DNA from: Intoshia linei
Taxonomy: Eukaryota > Animalia > Orthonectida
Assembly (NCBI GenBank): GCA_001642005.1
Contig: LWCA01000065.1
Coordinates: forward strand, 1-63,434
Length of the DNA stretch: 63,434 bases
Direction of reading: 5' to 3'
The position numbers and the translations under genes are program-made. Numbering within the stretch: position 1 is the first letter of the stretch; every line of letters starts with the position of its first letter. Below are positions 25,166 through 39,466 of the stretch, piece after piece. A model generated the notes under the pieces. That model saw nothing but the letters and a program-made list of their open reading frames with translations, was not told where the DNA came from and did not search any database.

Positions 25166-28100
25166 ATGTCTGCAAAAGAATTAACTATATTAGAAATTGA
25201 ATTATTTTTGGACAAAAAATGTGCTAGATCAGGTCCAAACCTAACACGAGGTGAATTGGAGAAAGTATTATCAGTACTGGACAATTTTTTATTAAATACA
25301 AACATTGACCTGAATGAGGTAAATTTAATGATGTCTTTGCACAATGCGAATTTGTGTCAAAAATCATGTGGAAACATAAACATTCTGAAGCAATGTTTAC
25401 TAATTTGTTTTGAAAAATTGAACGAGAACGTGGCGTATGATTTTTTGTGTTTAATTTTTGAGAAATTTAGAGAATTGTACATCCAAGGAAATGATTTTGA
25501 TAAATATAGTAGTGAGATAAATTTATACGGTTGGATTTTGGATATTGGAATAAACTACATTGGTGAAAACGTAACCTTTTTCCATGCAATATTTGATCAT
25601 TTGAGTATCTTTTTAAACAGTAAATCACAACCATATTTACATTTGATAAATCAAGTAGTAAGTAAAATTAATCATGTAAACATTAAATTTTGTTCCGATT
25701 ATTTGGAAAATATTGTCAATGTTTTAATCACATGGCTAGGAGAATTGACTAATGATCATGATCATGAGACGGCGAACGAAATTTGTGAGTTTATAATAAA
25801 TTTTGGAGACACTTGGAAGTATCATGTGGATTATGGATTTGGAATCATTGAAAGCATGATTGATCAAATTGACTGTTGTTTAAATTACAATTATAGTTTG
25901 AAGTTTATGAAATATACCTTTTCAGTCGTACGAGTGATTGGAATTTGTTTGAGGAATGCATTATTTAGCATGTTGAATTCGTGCGATGTAGAACAATTTA
26001 GTGTTGAAGTTTTCGACAAGTTTGATATTAATGTGATAATATCGGAATGTTTCGGATTGATTACCTTGATAAACTCTTTTATTAGGGGTACCATGATTGA
26101 CACGGAACTGATTTATATTTGTTTTCGTGCCATTTCAGTAGTGTCAGAATTGGGTCATCATGTTTGTCTTCAGATTGATGGTTATGGCGTTAACAATGAT
26201 TTAAATTTACTGAAATATCAAAATTTGTTTAAACCTTTAAATTCAAAAGACTCTAAAAGTTTGAATGAAATTGTGATTTATGAAGCCATTTCTCATTCAA
26301 TAACTTTCACGTCGAATGAAACTTATTTAAATGATGTCAAATTGTTATTTTTCAAGTTTGCAAATGTATCAAAAATTATTTTCCTTTCTCTATTCAAATC
26401 TAATGACAAGATTTCAGACACTAAACTTTCTTTTTTATTAATCAAGATGGTTGAAAATTTTTCATATTATTGGATTGTCAATGATTTTGATGATATTTTG
26501 AAATATTTTTGTCTAAATTGCAACGAAGCTTTTCAATCTGATAATTTACCTGATGCTTATAATTATTTGAAATTTCTTTTCCTCTTTGTAAAAATTGCCA
26601 TCAATAGTAAAAATAATTCAAAAATTGATTTTTCTCAATCAATAGAATGTGTTTATAAAATTTCTAATACCGTTACAAAATTTTCACAATTTTCAGAAAA
26701 TTTGGACCAAACTATATCAGATTTAAAAAATGTCAAGGAAAAAAGTATTGCCCATTTGATTTATTTTAAAAATAAAATCCCGTCAAATATTTTTCCATTA
26801 GTATTTAATGTCCAGTACACTCTTGGTTTGAATAATATGAAATATATTTTTAAATTTTATAACTACTATTCTAAAAAAATTGCGCAAGGTTTAATTATTT
26901 ACATTTCAGTTACAAATGAAAATTTGTTGTTAATTTTAATTTCCTTTTATGAAAAAATGTTGAAGGTTTTATTGGAACAGGATGAGGTTTTGTCTCTTGA
27001 TTTTTTTCAAACATATTTTACCATTATCTATCAAATTGAACTGCAGTCATTGTTTGTGGATCAATTGTTTAAATTGTTAAATTCCCTTTTAAAGTTTGTG
27101 CAAATTTGTAAACGTATAAAATGCAATGTTATCAATTTTCTCGAAAATACAGAGAAAATGATTATCAATAGTTATAAAAACGTTCAAAATGACGACGTGT
27201 ATATTCGAGTTTTGAAAAATTTTGTGCTCTGCAGTATACATTTTAATTATAATACAAATATATGCGCATTTTTATTGCAACATTTTACTTTTGATTCTAA
27301 ATTAAACAAGACTAGTGTTTTTAAAGTTATTCAAAAATTTTCGGCTCAAAAAATCTACACGTCAATTGAAAGTATTGTAAAAAGTGTCTACATCCGCAGT
27401 GAACAATTCCTTTTGTATATAGATTTAAACAACATTTCCAGTGTTGATTTCAAACCAATGATTAAGTTTATTAGTGGAATCGAAAATGGCTATGAAAAAG
27501 ATTTGACTAATTGTAATAATTTTGCTAAAAATTTTTATTTTTCTCTCATTCAATCAAAAACAACGTGTGATAATTTGGAAAATATTTTATTTTTGGAAAA
27601 TAATTATTTCAATAAAATTGATACATTTGCCATTAATGTATTTGTGTTTGCTTTAATTGAAAAAAAATTTAATTTACACAATCAAAATGTCGGATTAATT
27701 TTTTTTAATTTAACCAATTTCATGTTAAAATTCAATGTGTCAATTTCTCCATGTCTCCATGTTTTGGATTTTGTCAAAACGGACTTGTCGTCTTTAAAAA
27801 TTGAAAAAAAAAATTACATTTCAAAATTCCTGTCTTTTCTCTTTAGTTTACTTGTTAATATTGAAAGAATATTATTTGGAAATGTTTTTATTTATAAATG
27901 CGTCGATTACTTTTCTAAAAATTCAAAACAATTTATCCATAAAAAAAACGAATACTTTTTAAATTGGTACGAAAAGTCTGATCTTAAAATTACTAAAATG
28001 TCCATTTATACAAATTGTTATAAAATGACTCTTTATTATAGTTTTCGTTATTTCATTACAGTTAAAAGTCAACTTGTAGATGAAAAAATTCTATTACAAT

Positions 28101-31100
28101 ATTTTAAAATGGCTGCCATTTCTCTTTACGCTCTACGGAATTTTAATGGAATGAAAAGCCTTGTAAGGTTTTTAAATAAGCATTCAAATTTGAATATTAA
28201 TATTAATGTTTTTAAAAATACATTTTGCAATAATTTTGATGGTTTGATGAGTCTTATTTCGATGGAAAAGGATTTTGTTTTGAATGTCGTCTTTTCGTGT
28301 TTGCTAGTTGATTATGATTTTGATGTCGAAGATATTGAACAAAAAAAATATTTCGTCATTTTGGAAAATTTGATTCATTTAATTAATTTTACAGCTATTC
28401 AAAGTCGAATTCAATTAAATTGTTGGGAAAATGAAAATGAAATTTGTGAAAACGACAAATATTTTACTCAAAAATTTCAAAATTCCACAACATTTCGAAA
28501 CAGACTATTTAAATTTGATAAAGTGGAAAATAAAATTGATAATGTTGAAAATATTTCAAAAATGATTTGTTTTGGTCATTTTAATTTAAACCATTTTGCC
28601 GACAAGCCAAAAACGGAAAATTTCGCAATGTTAGATATTTTTAGCAATAATGTCAATTCTCAATTGGCTATATGTTTGACTGATTTTGTTTTTCAGTTTG
28701 AAAATTTAAATTGTATGGATTATACACAAATTATGGACTCTGCCATCTCTGAAATTAGTCAAAATTGTTTACCTTTAGATAATTGTCTTTTATTGGTTAA
28801 ATTGTTGAGGTTAAAGGGAGATTACGATAATTATCAAAGTTTAATGGAAATTTTAATTGATACGTTTTGTAAAAAGTTTGATAATTGTACAACACAATAT
28901 TCTTCATTTTTGAATGAAGTTTCCATTTCCAAGGTCTATTTTCCGAGTTCAGACAATTTTAATTTAGAAAAATTTAAAAAAATGGAAATAAATGAAAAAT
29001 TTCCTTTAAACTTAAATTTTGAATTAAACAATGTCATGTATAAAACTATTCAATATTTTGATACTGATTTTGAATCTGAAATTTCAAATTCTTTTTCACA
29101 GTCAAATTCAAAAAGTTTACAAAATGTGGAGAAAGTTCGTTGTAATGACCGTGCTTTGGATTCACAGGATTCTCTTAAATATCTTGAATCAGCGTCAAAT
29201 GAATGTCGTTCTAGGTTAATGTCCAACGAATATTCCCATTCTGATGATGATTCATGGAAAATGTCTCAATCTCAAAAATTTCAAAATTATTATAATTCCT
29301 TGTATTCTCAAGATTTAAATTTAAAATGTCCTGACGAATATGACTCTTATCAAGATGGTTCCAAATCTAGTAAAATTTCACACAAAAATGTGAAAACTTT
29401 AATGGTAAATGAAAAAATTAATATTACCTCTAAAGATTCAAAAATTTCACAATCATATATCAGTGATACCACTTTACCGGTAAAATGTTTCAATGAAAAT
29501 TTTAATCTACTGTACAATGCAATTAATCAAACTGTTTTCAAAAATAATGCTGATGATTGTTTAGATTATTTTGAAATTTCTCAAGCTGAGGAAACTACCA
29601 AAATTTGCAACGACAAATTTTCAAATGATTCAGCTTTTCTATACTTTATTAATAATCAAGATTTAGATTCCGACTGTTTATATAAATTTGGTTATTGGTG
29701 TTTTGAAACTCTTAGAAATGTGGATGGTAAATTTCAAAATTATATAAATTTACAATATCATGAAAGGGATAATTTAAACTTTGATTTAAAAAAATTAATG
29801 AAATGTATTTGTTCCGTTTCAGTCAAAGAAAATGAAATTGTTCAGAATGAAGAAATTTTAATTTTTAATGATCATGTCAGTCAGATTGATTCTGTTCATA
29901 AAAATTTGTTTAATTTGGCCTGTGGTGCAATTATTTATTTTTTTAAGTTTATAACTCGTACTAAATGCGAAAATTATAAAACTATTTGTACTGTTTTTAA
30001 TATTTTACACGTTTTACAAAGTTATCCTTATACTCAAGTTTTAAATGTTTTTGTCGATAATTATAATAATGTACCCGTGTATTTTTGGAAGCATGCTGTA
30101 AATCATTTGATTGCCCTAATAAAGTCAAACAATCAGCTTAATGAACATTTTTGTAACATTATTCAAAAACTTGTAGATTATGATAAATCTCTAGCCATGT
30201 TTGAATGTATAGCTTCCGTTGAAAACCATCAAGGTAATGACCAGCAGGCTATGATTGCTAATAAATCTATGGTTCAGTCAGAGTTGTGGGGCGAAAAAGA
30301 TGATGATGAAAACGACGAAATAGACGAAATTAGCAATAACGACAAGGATGAATCATGTCAAAATTCCGGGGACCAAGAAGAAACGTACAATTCTCAAAGT
30401 TTTGATATGGACAGTCACTGGCAGACAATATGTGTTTATTCCGGAAATACTCATTTAAATAATTTACTTATTCATTTCCACAAAGTGTACCCGAAATATA
30501 CCAGCCAATTATCCAATTTAATTGAAAATCTCAAAAAAATTGCTTTTTTACCTGATGAATACACGTTTGCGGCACTGCAAAATGTATATGTTTTACTTTT
30601 ACCCCGGCTTAATAAATTGTCATTGATTGTTGCCAATCTGCAATCAGCAAACATAAAATTGGATAAGAAAGAAATTAATAAACTTGATGCCATCATTGTG
30701 GATGATATTTCATTTGAAAATACTGAAAACGTAATCGCTTATCTCATGCGCCCTGTTATAACTAGTTTGGATACAATTTTAGAATACATTTCAAATTCCA
30801 AATCAAATGGAATTTTCCAAAAATCTTTTTATGATGACTTTTATTCGCCCATCAATGAATTCAATGAAACTCTAAATAAAATGTCTCAAAATCCTCTCCA
30901 ATACCCCAAATATATTATCAATATACTTAAAGATTTAATTGTTAAACTCAAAAAAAGAATTGAATTGAGAACGAAAACGAAACTTTCTTTAGAATCAATC
31001 AATAAACATTTGTCTAATGTAAAAAATTTGGACATTATTTTGCCGGGATGTAATAACGGCAAAGTATCAATTGTCAAAATGCTCGATACGGTCAAAACTT

Positions 31101-33665
31101 TACCTACCAAAACTAGACCCAAAAAAATTTCTTTTCTAGGTTCAGATGGAAAAACATTTCATTACCTTATTAAAGGGTTTGATGACTTGCGATTGGATTG
31201 TAGAATTCAACATGTTTTCAATTTTATTAATCAAAAAATTTCACATCTTAATCTTGACAAATTTTCACATGTTGAAATGAAAAATGATAATTTTCATTAT
31301 ACCCCACAAATCAGGACATACCCTATTTATCCGTTGGGGGTTAATTGTGGGCTTATTGGGTGGATTGATAATGTTGTATCTATTTATTCAATATATAAAA
31401 ATTGGTTGCAAAAGGATTTTAGAAAGGATACCATTTATTCTCGAGTTAATTATACTCAAACTAAGGAAAACTATAATAAACTCTTCAATTGCTTGGTTCA
31501 AAGAACTCCGTCTAATGTTTTGTCAAAATCTATTTCTCTTCAGTATCTTGATTCTTCAAAGTGGTGGAAAGTTTATCAAAGGTTTTTGGGTTCCATGGCC
31601 ATTAATTCTGTTTTTACCTATGTTTATGGCATTGGAGATCGACATTTGGATAATATATTGTTGGATTTCAAAACCGGCGATGTGATTCATATTGACTTTA
31701 GTATTTGTTTTGAACGAGGGAAAATACTACGAATACCAGAAACTGTTCCAATAAGATTGACTCAAAATTTTATGAATGCATTGGGTTCGTATAAAATGGA
31801 AGGAACGTTTAAAACGTCAATGGCAAAAATATTAAATGTTACAAAAACAATGAAATATGATGTTGAATCTTTCAACAACATTTTTATTACTGACCCAGCA
31901 CTCCATTTTCGGTCTAGAAAAACTGATGATTTTGATTCCAATAAAAATGGAAAATCGAGCAAGAAGAATTTGAGTTGCATTACAGAAGAATTTATTAAAT
32001 TGATCATTACTGATTCTAAAAGAATTTGTCAATTGTTGAATGTTAAATTATTGAAAGATGGCAACGTAATGTACTTTTTTTTGTATTTAATTATTATTTA
32101 GGCGACTAAACGCTATTTGGATGAAGCTAAATATAATTTAATAAATTCTTTGCCTCTCATATCCAATTTTTCGAAAAGTTCCAAATATTATAAATTTGTA
32201 ATTGAAAAATATTCTGCCGTTTATTTATTTATAAAAAAATATTTTTTTTAGTTAAATTCTAAAGACTTTGATCAATTTCAACTCATTAACGAGGAACGTC
32301 ATTTTAATGTGTTGATTACTCGTATTGCTAATGTTAATGCTACAAATATTGACCAGGAATGTCCTATATTGATTAATGTTATTAATGATATGCTACAAAG
32401 GTAATTTTATTCTAATAGTCATTTAATTTGATGTCCATTCTCTAGAGCAGAAGTGGGTAAACTTTTCGGAACAAAAAATTATGAGGACAATGTGAAAAAT
32501 GATTTTTTCTGATATTTCTGATAGTTTTAGTTTCTAAGAAAAATTTCATCAAAAAATATGTATTTTACAATGTTGACGAAATTATTCAAAGCTAATAGTG
32601 TGAACTAGTGTGTTCGACTTAGTTTTTTTAGAAACTCAGTATGTACTAAGTACTTGGTTTTACAAAATAAAAAACTCAATAATTACTTTTTTTCAAATTT
32701 TAGTATTTTCAGTAAAATTTGATGAATTTTCAGTTTTCATTCACAAACCGTAAAAAATTCAAAACATAAAATTAATGTTTCTCGTTTTCGATGGAAATAG
32801 GAAATATATTATATTATTTACAATAAATTACATAACTGATATTTAGAGTAAGATAATATCCGAATTTTTAAAGAAACTACATTTGTAGTATCATTAAAAG
32901 TAGATAGAATTAAAAGATAGAATTGACAATATTTTAATCCAAAAATTATCATCAAAATCTTTAAAAATTGGATAAATAAAATTTACCAGATAAACCCTAC
33001 TAAATATGGGTCCCAAAATTACCTTCAAAATCTTTAAAAATTGGTTAAAATAAAAAACTGCATTTAAAAACGCTACCAAATTTCGGTTCCAAAAATATCT
33101 TCAAAATCTTTAAAAATTGGATGAAAAAAATTTTCCTCAAAACCTACCAAATATTGATCTTACAATTATCTTCTAGATCTTTAAAATTGAGTATAATAAT
33201 TTCCCTTGAGAAACCTACAAAATTTCGTGAAAAAATCAATAATATCAATAAATAATTAAAATCGATGATTATGTGGCTCAACTGAATGTTTCCCATTTAA
33301 TTTTAATTTACATTAATTAATTTATTTTGAAATTTAGATGGAATGATTTTATCGAATATTTCATTTCAGAGGTTAATCATTATAAAATTATTGGTAATTT
33401 TTCATTCAAAATTTTTTTTAATATAATTAGAAAATGTTAACTCTACTGGAGCTGTGTTGAGAAAAATTAATGAAAAATTGGATGGCTATGATTTTGGAAG
33501 AAATTTTGAAAATTCAAAAAGTCAAGTAATTTTTTTGTTTCTATCCTCACCTTTATGAATAATGTACAATTTTATTTATTTTTTTAGATTGATTTAATTG
33601 TCAACAAATCGACCAGTCTATCTAAATTGTCATCCATGTATCGTGGTTGGACTGCTTGGTTTTAG
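25166..33665 (+). CDS. SMG1: SMG1 PIKK-family Ser/Thr kinase (NMD); approx. exons 25166-32065, 32102-32197, 32252-32400, 33338-33392, 33431-33525, 33588-33665
   Basis: LPTKTRPKKISFLGSDGKTFHYLIKGFDDLRLDCRIQ (SMG1-type N-lobe); GIGDRHLDNILLD..GDVIHIDFSICFERGKILRIPETVPIRLTQN; pre-FATC LRKINEKLDGYD; FATC STSLSKLSSMYRGWTAWF*, where the WTAW ending is typical of SMG1. Confidence 0.93.
32935..33230. repeat. ~75-bp minisatellite, about 4 diverged units, in an SMG1 intron
   Basis: AAAATCTTTAAAAATTGG recurs at about 32954, 33026, 33103 and (degenerate) 33176. A related shorter-unit array lies on the other strand at about 51380-51480. Confidence 0.75.
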
Positions 33666-34080
33666 AAATATGTATGTGATTAATTGTATGATGTATTCAT
33701 TAAAAATTTTTACGATACCTTTTTTATTTTAACATTTCTATAAACATCATGCCTGAAAAATTGATGCCTTTTTTAATGGTTTAACAAATTATAAATATAT
33801 AATATATAAATATAAATTAACAAAACCTTAATACCTTTTGACATCAAATCATTACAAAACAATTTTAAGTATATCTATAAAAATGAAGAGTACTTCATTA
33901 CAGGGTACATAACAGTGTATATTATGCACTCCATTTTGATGTTTAAAATAGACTTTAAAGTTATAACAAGTTGTCACATAATATTAACAATTTTCAATAA
34001 AGTTGTATTCATTCAATATTTTCTCAAATAAACTTTGTACCATCTTAATATTAAAATATTTTTAAATCTGTAAATTTAAA

Positions 34081-37000
34081 ATGGACGTTAATGCAATGTT
34101 TGATATTTTTGATAACCCTGATCTTCCTGTCGAAATTCCTGTAAATGTAGAAAACAACACAAATTTTGATATAAAATCTACAACCCAAGATGAAATTGAA
34201 ACATTTAAAGATATAGAAATCAAAAAGTATATTTTAATTTTGTGTAAACATTCCAAAATATTTATGAAATGTACTGGACATTTGTATGATAATTTCTATT
34301 CTTAGTCAAGATAAAATGGAAACTAGTCAAATTATACGAAATGAACCACAGTCTATATTTGAATTGGAATCTAAAATATTTACTGATAAAGTGAAATGTT
34401 TTTATTTTGATACAATGTAAGATTTTTGTATATTTGTTAATTCATTTTTTTAGAAAACAAAAAAAATTTACCAATACTGGAGTTACAATTATATACGATA
34501 ACAGTTACATTTCTAGGTTTGTTTTAATATTTATGTCGTTATATCATATTTAATAGAATTATAAAAAAGGAAGTTGATCGAATATTTACATCTTTCAAAG
34601 AATTAGAGACACCGAAAAATGTACATTTTTTAGTCACGTTTGATTTCTTTTTTATTTGTTTTATTTAGGATTACGACTTGAAAAATACAGTATTATTTTT
34701 AAAATTGTATTATATGATTACATATATTTATTATAGGATCACATGATACAATATTTTAAAACTTTTTGTATAGATAAATCCACCATCAATGAAAAAGAAA
34801 CTGTATTGTAATTTTTTATCATTTAAAAATACAGTCAGATCTAAACAAATGAAATATACTTTATAACTAGCTTGATTGTTATATACTTGGTATATACAGT
34901 ATCTAGCTCTGCTAGGGTGGACTTTTTTAATTTTACCAAAAATATTAAAATAAATAAAATTTTTTTTTGTATTAACTGGAAAAAATCGTAGATGTGGACT
35001 TTTTTTAAAATTTTAGTACTTGGTTTTTTTCATTTTTAAAAATAATGAGTTTTGATTTTGGAGGTGGAAATTTAGAATAATACTCAGAATTTGTGTTTTT
35101 TTAAATGAAATTAAAAATTCAATGACTGATTTCATCATTAAACAGGTAATTTAGTGTTTTGCCTGTGGATGTACAAATTTTATGATTTGAAATTTAATTT
35201 ATTTTCTGGGCCAGAAAAACTGATATAGAATTTTTGTTTTTGAAATTTCTGGGACTCAGATATCACAATAAATGGTTACACACAAATACGCATTTTGGCT
35301 AGTAAAAAATCACTTTATATATGTAAAGATTTATTTTTATCGACCAGTAAATAAGGACAAATTTTAATTTAAAAAAATTGGAGCATTTATTGTTAATTTA
35401 CTTAAATTTTCCAACGTAGGGCATATAATTTTTACGTGAGACCGTCACATCTAAGGTTCCTATCCTGACTTTGTTAATAGAATTACTTATGTAATACTTT
35501 ATTGTTTATATTGTAAGTTATAGATATAAATGCACATTTACTACTCCTCTCAGTAATAATATGCCCGATGTAATTGAACCACTTACCAGTCGTTTTACGT
35601 AATTTTATATAATGTAAAGTGTAATTAAATGCTGTAGTACCCCACAATTTGAATTTTTTTGTTATAAATTATATTGTTTTTATTATAATGATAGACTGGG
35701 CACTAGATAGCTACTACATAGATAGGGTGTCACATTTTTGAAAAATTTTAGAATTCGATGGACAATTAGCACCAAAAGTGTGTATTTTTAAAATTGAAAA
35801 ACTAATTTGCAATCAAAAACATTTAACGCTATCTATTCGAGTTGCGTTCGTCATTTTAAAAATATTATGGAGAAATTAAAACTGAACTTTATTTTAACGG
35901 AAATTGGTGATTGATTTTTTAAATGTGGTACGGACTTTATAATATTGTTCTCCATGTTTATTTATACAGTTCATTTTTTAAATTTGTTTCTAGCTCAATT
36001 TTTTGGATTCTATTAACGATATAATTTCTCGAATAAACTTAAAATTTAAATAATGTAAATATCCAGAATTCAACTCAAAATGACAAACGCAAATTGAATA
36101 GATAGCGTTAAATTTTTTTGATTGCGAATTAGTTTTTCTATTTTAAAAATACACACTTTTAATGTTAATTTCCTTGATTCTTTGATGGGGTGACACCCTA
36201 ATGCAGTGGTTCTCAACCCGTGTTCCACAGAACCCAGGGTTCCGTGAAATATAAATACGATATTTTTCAATTTAAAGTTTTTCTAAATTACTGTTGTATG
36301 CAATGAAACAACATCATTTCCAACGTCCGAGTGATTTAAACTTACTTTAAACTGTTTCCCATTTGACTTACAAAAACAGTTTTTGGTACTTGGTAATAAT
36401 TCATATTATAGTGTATCATGCTTTAATTGTGATGGACCTCACCATTTAGCAAAATGCCCTCAGCCATTGAATAAAAGGCGAATAAAAATGAACAGACAAA
36501 AGGATCAAGAAAGCAAAGAGTAATTTTATATTCACTGTTAAAATATGATGGGAAGGATGGTTTAAAATGAAAGTAAACTTTTTATTCGGCAGTGTACTCT
36601 ATAGTTGTTGTATATAAGCCTTATTTTCATTTTCTCATCAGTTTTAGAATAATGTGGAAGGAGTCTATTTTAGATATTGATAATCTTGGGTGTTATTTCT
36701 TCTTGATATTGTTTTCTTTATTTTTTAGTATAGTCAAGAACCGTTAGTAGGGAATCCGTTAGTGAATAATTTGATAATTTGTACAGTTAGTGTCACGTCC
36801 CGTTCCCAGACTTATAAGAATACGTGGTAACGTTTATTTTTACGATAATTATGGTTTTATTCACATTGTCATCAAACGGCTGGGTGTGACGGTTTAAGGT
36901 TGTATCCTATGGACTCTCCCATTGTGGGTTCGAGTTTCGCGTTTTATTTGCATGACTATGTTTCCATCATATAATAAATTATGATTAGTTATGTTATGTT

Positions 37001-39466
37001 TCATAATGGTGATTTTTTATTTCTACCACTTATTTGATAATAATGCACATAACCACTATAGGTGTAACCACTACTTGTTATACAACGTCAGCCCAGCTTT
37101 ATTTAACTGGTAGTCACACATATATGTAGGAATGTGGATTCGATGGGAATATTTTAAAACTTTAATTTTAAAACAGGAAACGATAGTGAACTGTTTTACA
37201 TCACTTCATGCCAAGTGTGAATAAATAATGGCATCCTTTTCATTGAGACTTTTGTATGCTATGTATGTATTAACTTCTGTCTCAATTTGATTGATGATCC
37301 CATAAAGTTTTTTCTTATTAAATTTTATTTTAAATGAGTTAATTATTCGTTGATCGAGTGATTGAAATATACTGGTAACATTTGGAGGTAAAAATATCTG
37401 ACGTCATCCAAGCTTTTGAAGACGATGTGTATGTTGAAAACTTATTGTGATTAAATTCTTTGAAACATGGTGGTTTTTTTAATTTTCCTATAATTAGAGC
37501 AGTGTTTCTCAACCCTTTTTACTGCACGGAACACTTATGAAATTTCAAAAAATCGCCACACTTAAAGGCATGATCAAAAATTTTTTTCGCATGTCGCATA
37601 TATAAAACAATTTGATTTTTAATTAAAAAATTACGCATTAATATTGAAAACATAAATTTATTTTTCCTTCTCAATGAGAAATTTTGCCTTGATATTTTTT
37701 ACAGAGATTTTTAATTCTTGGACGTGTTTTTGAGAGACATACACGAAGTTCTTCTACCGACAGTAGCTTTGCCCGCTTCTTATGCTTAATTGCTGTCAAT
37801 GCAGAAAATCCCAATTTACACAAGTAAGATATATTGGTATAGTAATAGGGTATACATTTTTTAACAAAATCATAATTTTAAAAGAATATTCATGAAGTTT
37901 ATGAATGTGCTATAGTTTTATCGCGGAGTGTATATCTCAGAAATATTTTTAGCTAGTAGATAAAGACTAGTATATTTTTATTCTCTATTAACGATGCTTG
38001 AAGTGATCCCCTATAATTTTCTATGGATTACGTTAATTACTTTGGAAATGTTAATTTAATAATTGTTATTATATCATATTTTAGTGTAATAATTCATAAG
38101 AATACGAGAATTCAGAATAATAAATTTGCACCTGGAGTATTGAGGTTTATTAATTATTTTGAAATATAGTTTATATATTGGTTAATTTTGTTCGGTTTCG
38201 TTTTAATTTACTTAAATGAATCTTAAAAATAATTCCATTATACGGGTCAATTTCTCAAAAATCTCATTCCGTTAATGATAATTTTTTTATAAATAATACC
38301 AATTATATGCCTGGGTCCGTGAGATTAAAATAGTATATAGAATAATTTTGATCAACTTTTGTTTATATGAGAATTTTTAATATTTATTACAGAGTTTCTA
38401 GATGATGGAAATTTATCCCAAAGCCTAGACGGCCGCTACATTAGTATTTCAATAACCCCACTTTTATTATAATATAATAAAAAATACCATTTCAAACACT
38501 ACGGAAAAATGGAATCCTAGGTAAATATCCTTTTTTCCAATATTATTTTGAAGTCCGATTTTATTAAATCTGATGAGAAACAATTTGTATGGCATGGCAA
38601 ACATGGCAATGTATGTATCAACATCTTGATGGCGGTATAATTAACTCGACTATCCTTACTAAATAAGTGAACAAACTGTGACCTGTGACGATATCTTGCA
38701 GTATTTCCAATATTTATTAAATTTTGTAAATTTTTGATTTGATATGTACTAATTTAAAATATTGTAGTGATAATCTTCGAAATGCTCTTGGGTTAAAAAA
38801 AAATGAAATTCCTCCATATGTTTTCATTATGCGAAATGTTGGATACCCTCCCGGATATTTATTGGATGGCAAAAGGAAAGAGGTTGGGTCTCTACTTATT
38901 TATGGTACTTTAATATTTTAGCCATTTTGAAATAATTAGTATATACTCACTTTTATATTTTAGGAAATGAAGATACCGATTCAAAAGAAACAAAAATCTC
39001 AAAATATGGAGATCAACGGATTTCAAATGAGATTAGATTGGAAGATTTACCACCAGAACACGTTATACATTATCCTGGTTTCAATTCTGCTAAATCTGAT
39101 GTTGGTGGAGTAATTTTTGGTTGATATACATTTTACTTTGTTAATTAGAGATCTGGAATTATTGCTGAAAAATGTAGTATTTCAGAGTTCGACACAAGTT
39201 TTAAATCTACTGAGACACGATCTACATCAAACCCAACTAATAGCTTGGATGACAAAAAATACAGTATTGGAGAATCAATTTCATTTACTGACGCCACAGT
39301 TATACCGGAATGCGAGGATAAATCTGAATTTTCTAATGTTCCAACAATTCTAGAAATGCGGGAAGGTATTGCTGAATTTGAATATTCTGAAGAAGCTGTC
39401 AGTGTTGGTAGTTTTAAAAAATTGAAGGATATGATTCGTAATATACGGAAAAAAGTCACAAAATGA
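34081..39466 (+). CDS. ZCCHC8: Zinc finger CCHC domain-containing protein 8 (NEXT complex subunit), multi-exon
   Basis: FCIDK motif; zinc knuckle CFNCDGPHHLAKCPQPLIKG-region (36418-36475); PSP domain KFAPGVLSDNLRNALGLKKNEIPPYVFIMRNVGYPPGYL; IHYPGFN; C-terminal EFEYSEEAVSVGSFKKLKDMIR. Confidence 0.9.
34868..35260 (-). mobile_element. Helitron-like family 3' portion
   Basis: A-CTAGCTTGATTGTTATATACTTGGTATATACAGTATCTAGCTCTGCTAGGG is the reverse complement of the family 3' end with its hairpin. Confidence 0.7.
35723..36200. mobile_element. MITE with long imperfect TIRs (TAGGGTGTCAC ... GTGACACCCTA)
   Basis: 35770-35860 is the reverse complement of about 36075-36170. No TSD discerned. Confidence 0.75.
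37165..37480 (-). mobile_element. pogo/Tigger transposase relic
   Basis: SSKAWMTSDIF, LPPNVTSIFQSLDQRIINSFK and DAIIYSHLA*SDVKQFTIVSCFK are DDE_1 motifs with a deletion and a stop. Confidence 0.8.
37500..37860 (-). mobile_element. hAT Buster/Charlie 3' relic with TIR
   Basis: YLCKLGFSALTAIKHKKRAKLLSVEELRVCLSKTRPRIKNLC..SH* is a Buster-type C-terminus. TIR CAGTGTTTCTCAACC at 37500. Confidence 0.85.

Noticed and set aside
29031-32032. Overlapping or antisense ORFs inside SMG1 (for example 31284-31685, 30472-30696)
   Set aside because: Shadow frames of a long AT-rich CDS with no motifs.
25166-33665. mTOR/ATM/ATR identity for the PIKK
   Set aside because: PTKTRPKK, the SMG1-type KG..DLRLD segment and the FATC ending GWTAWF fit SMG1.
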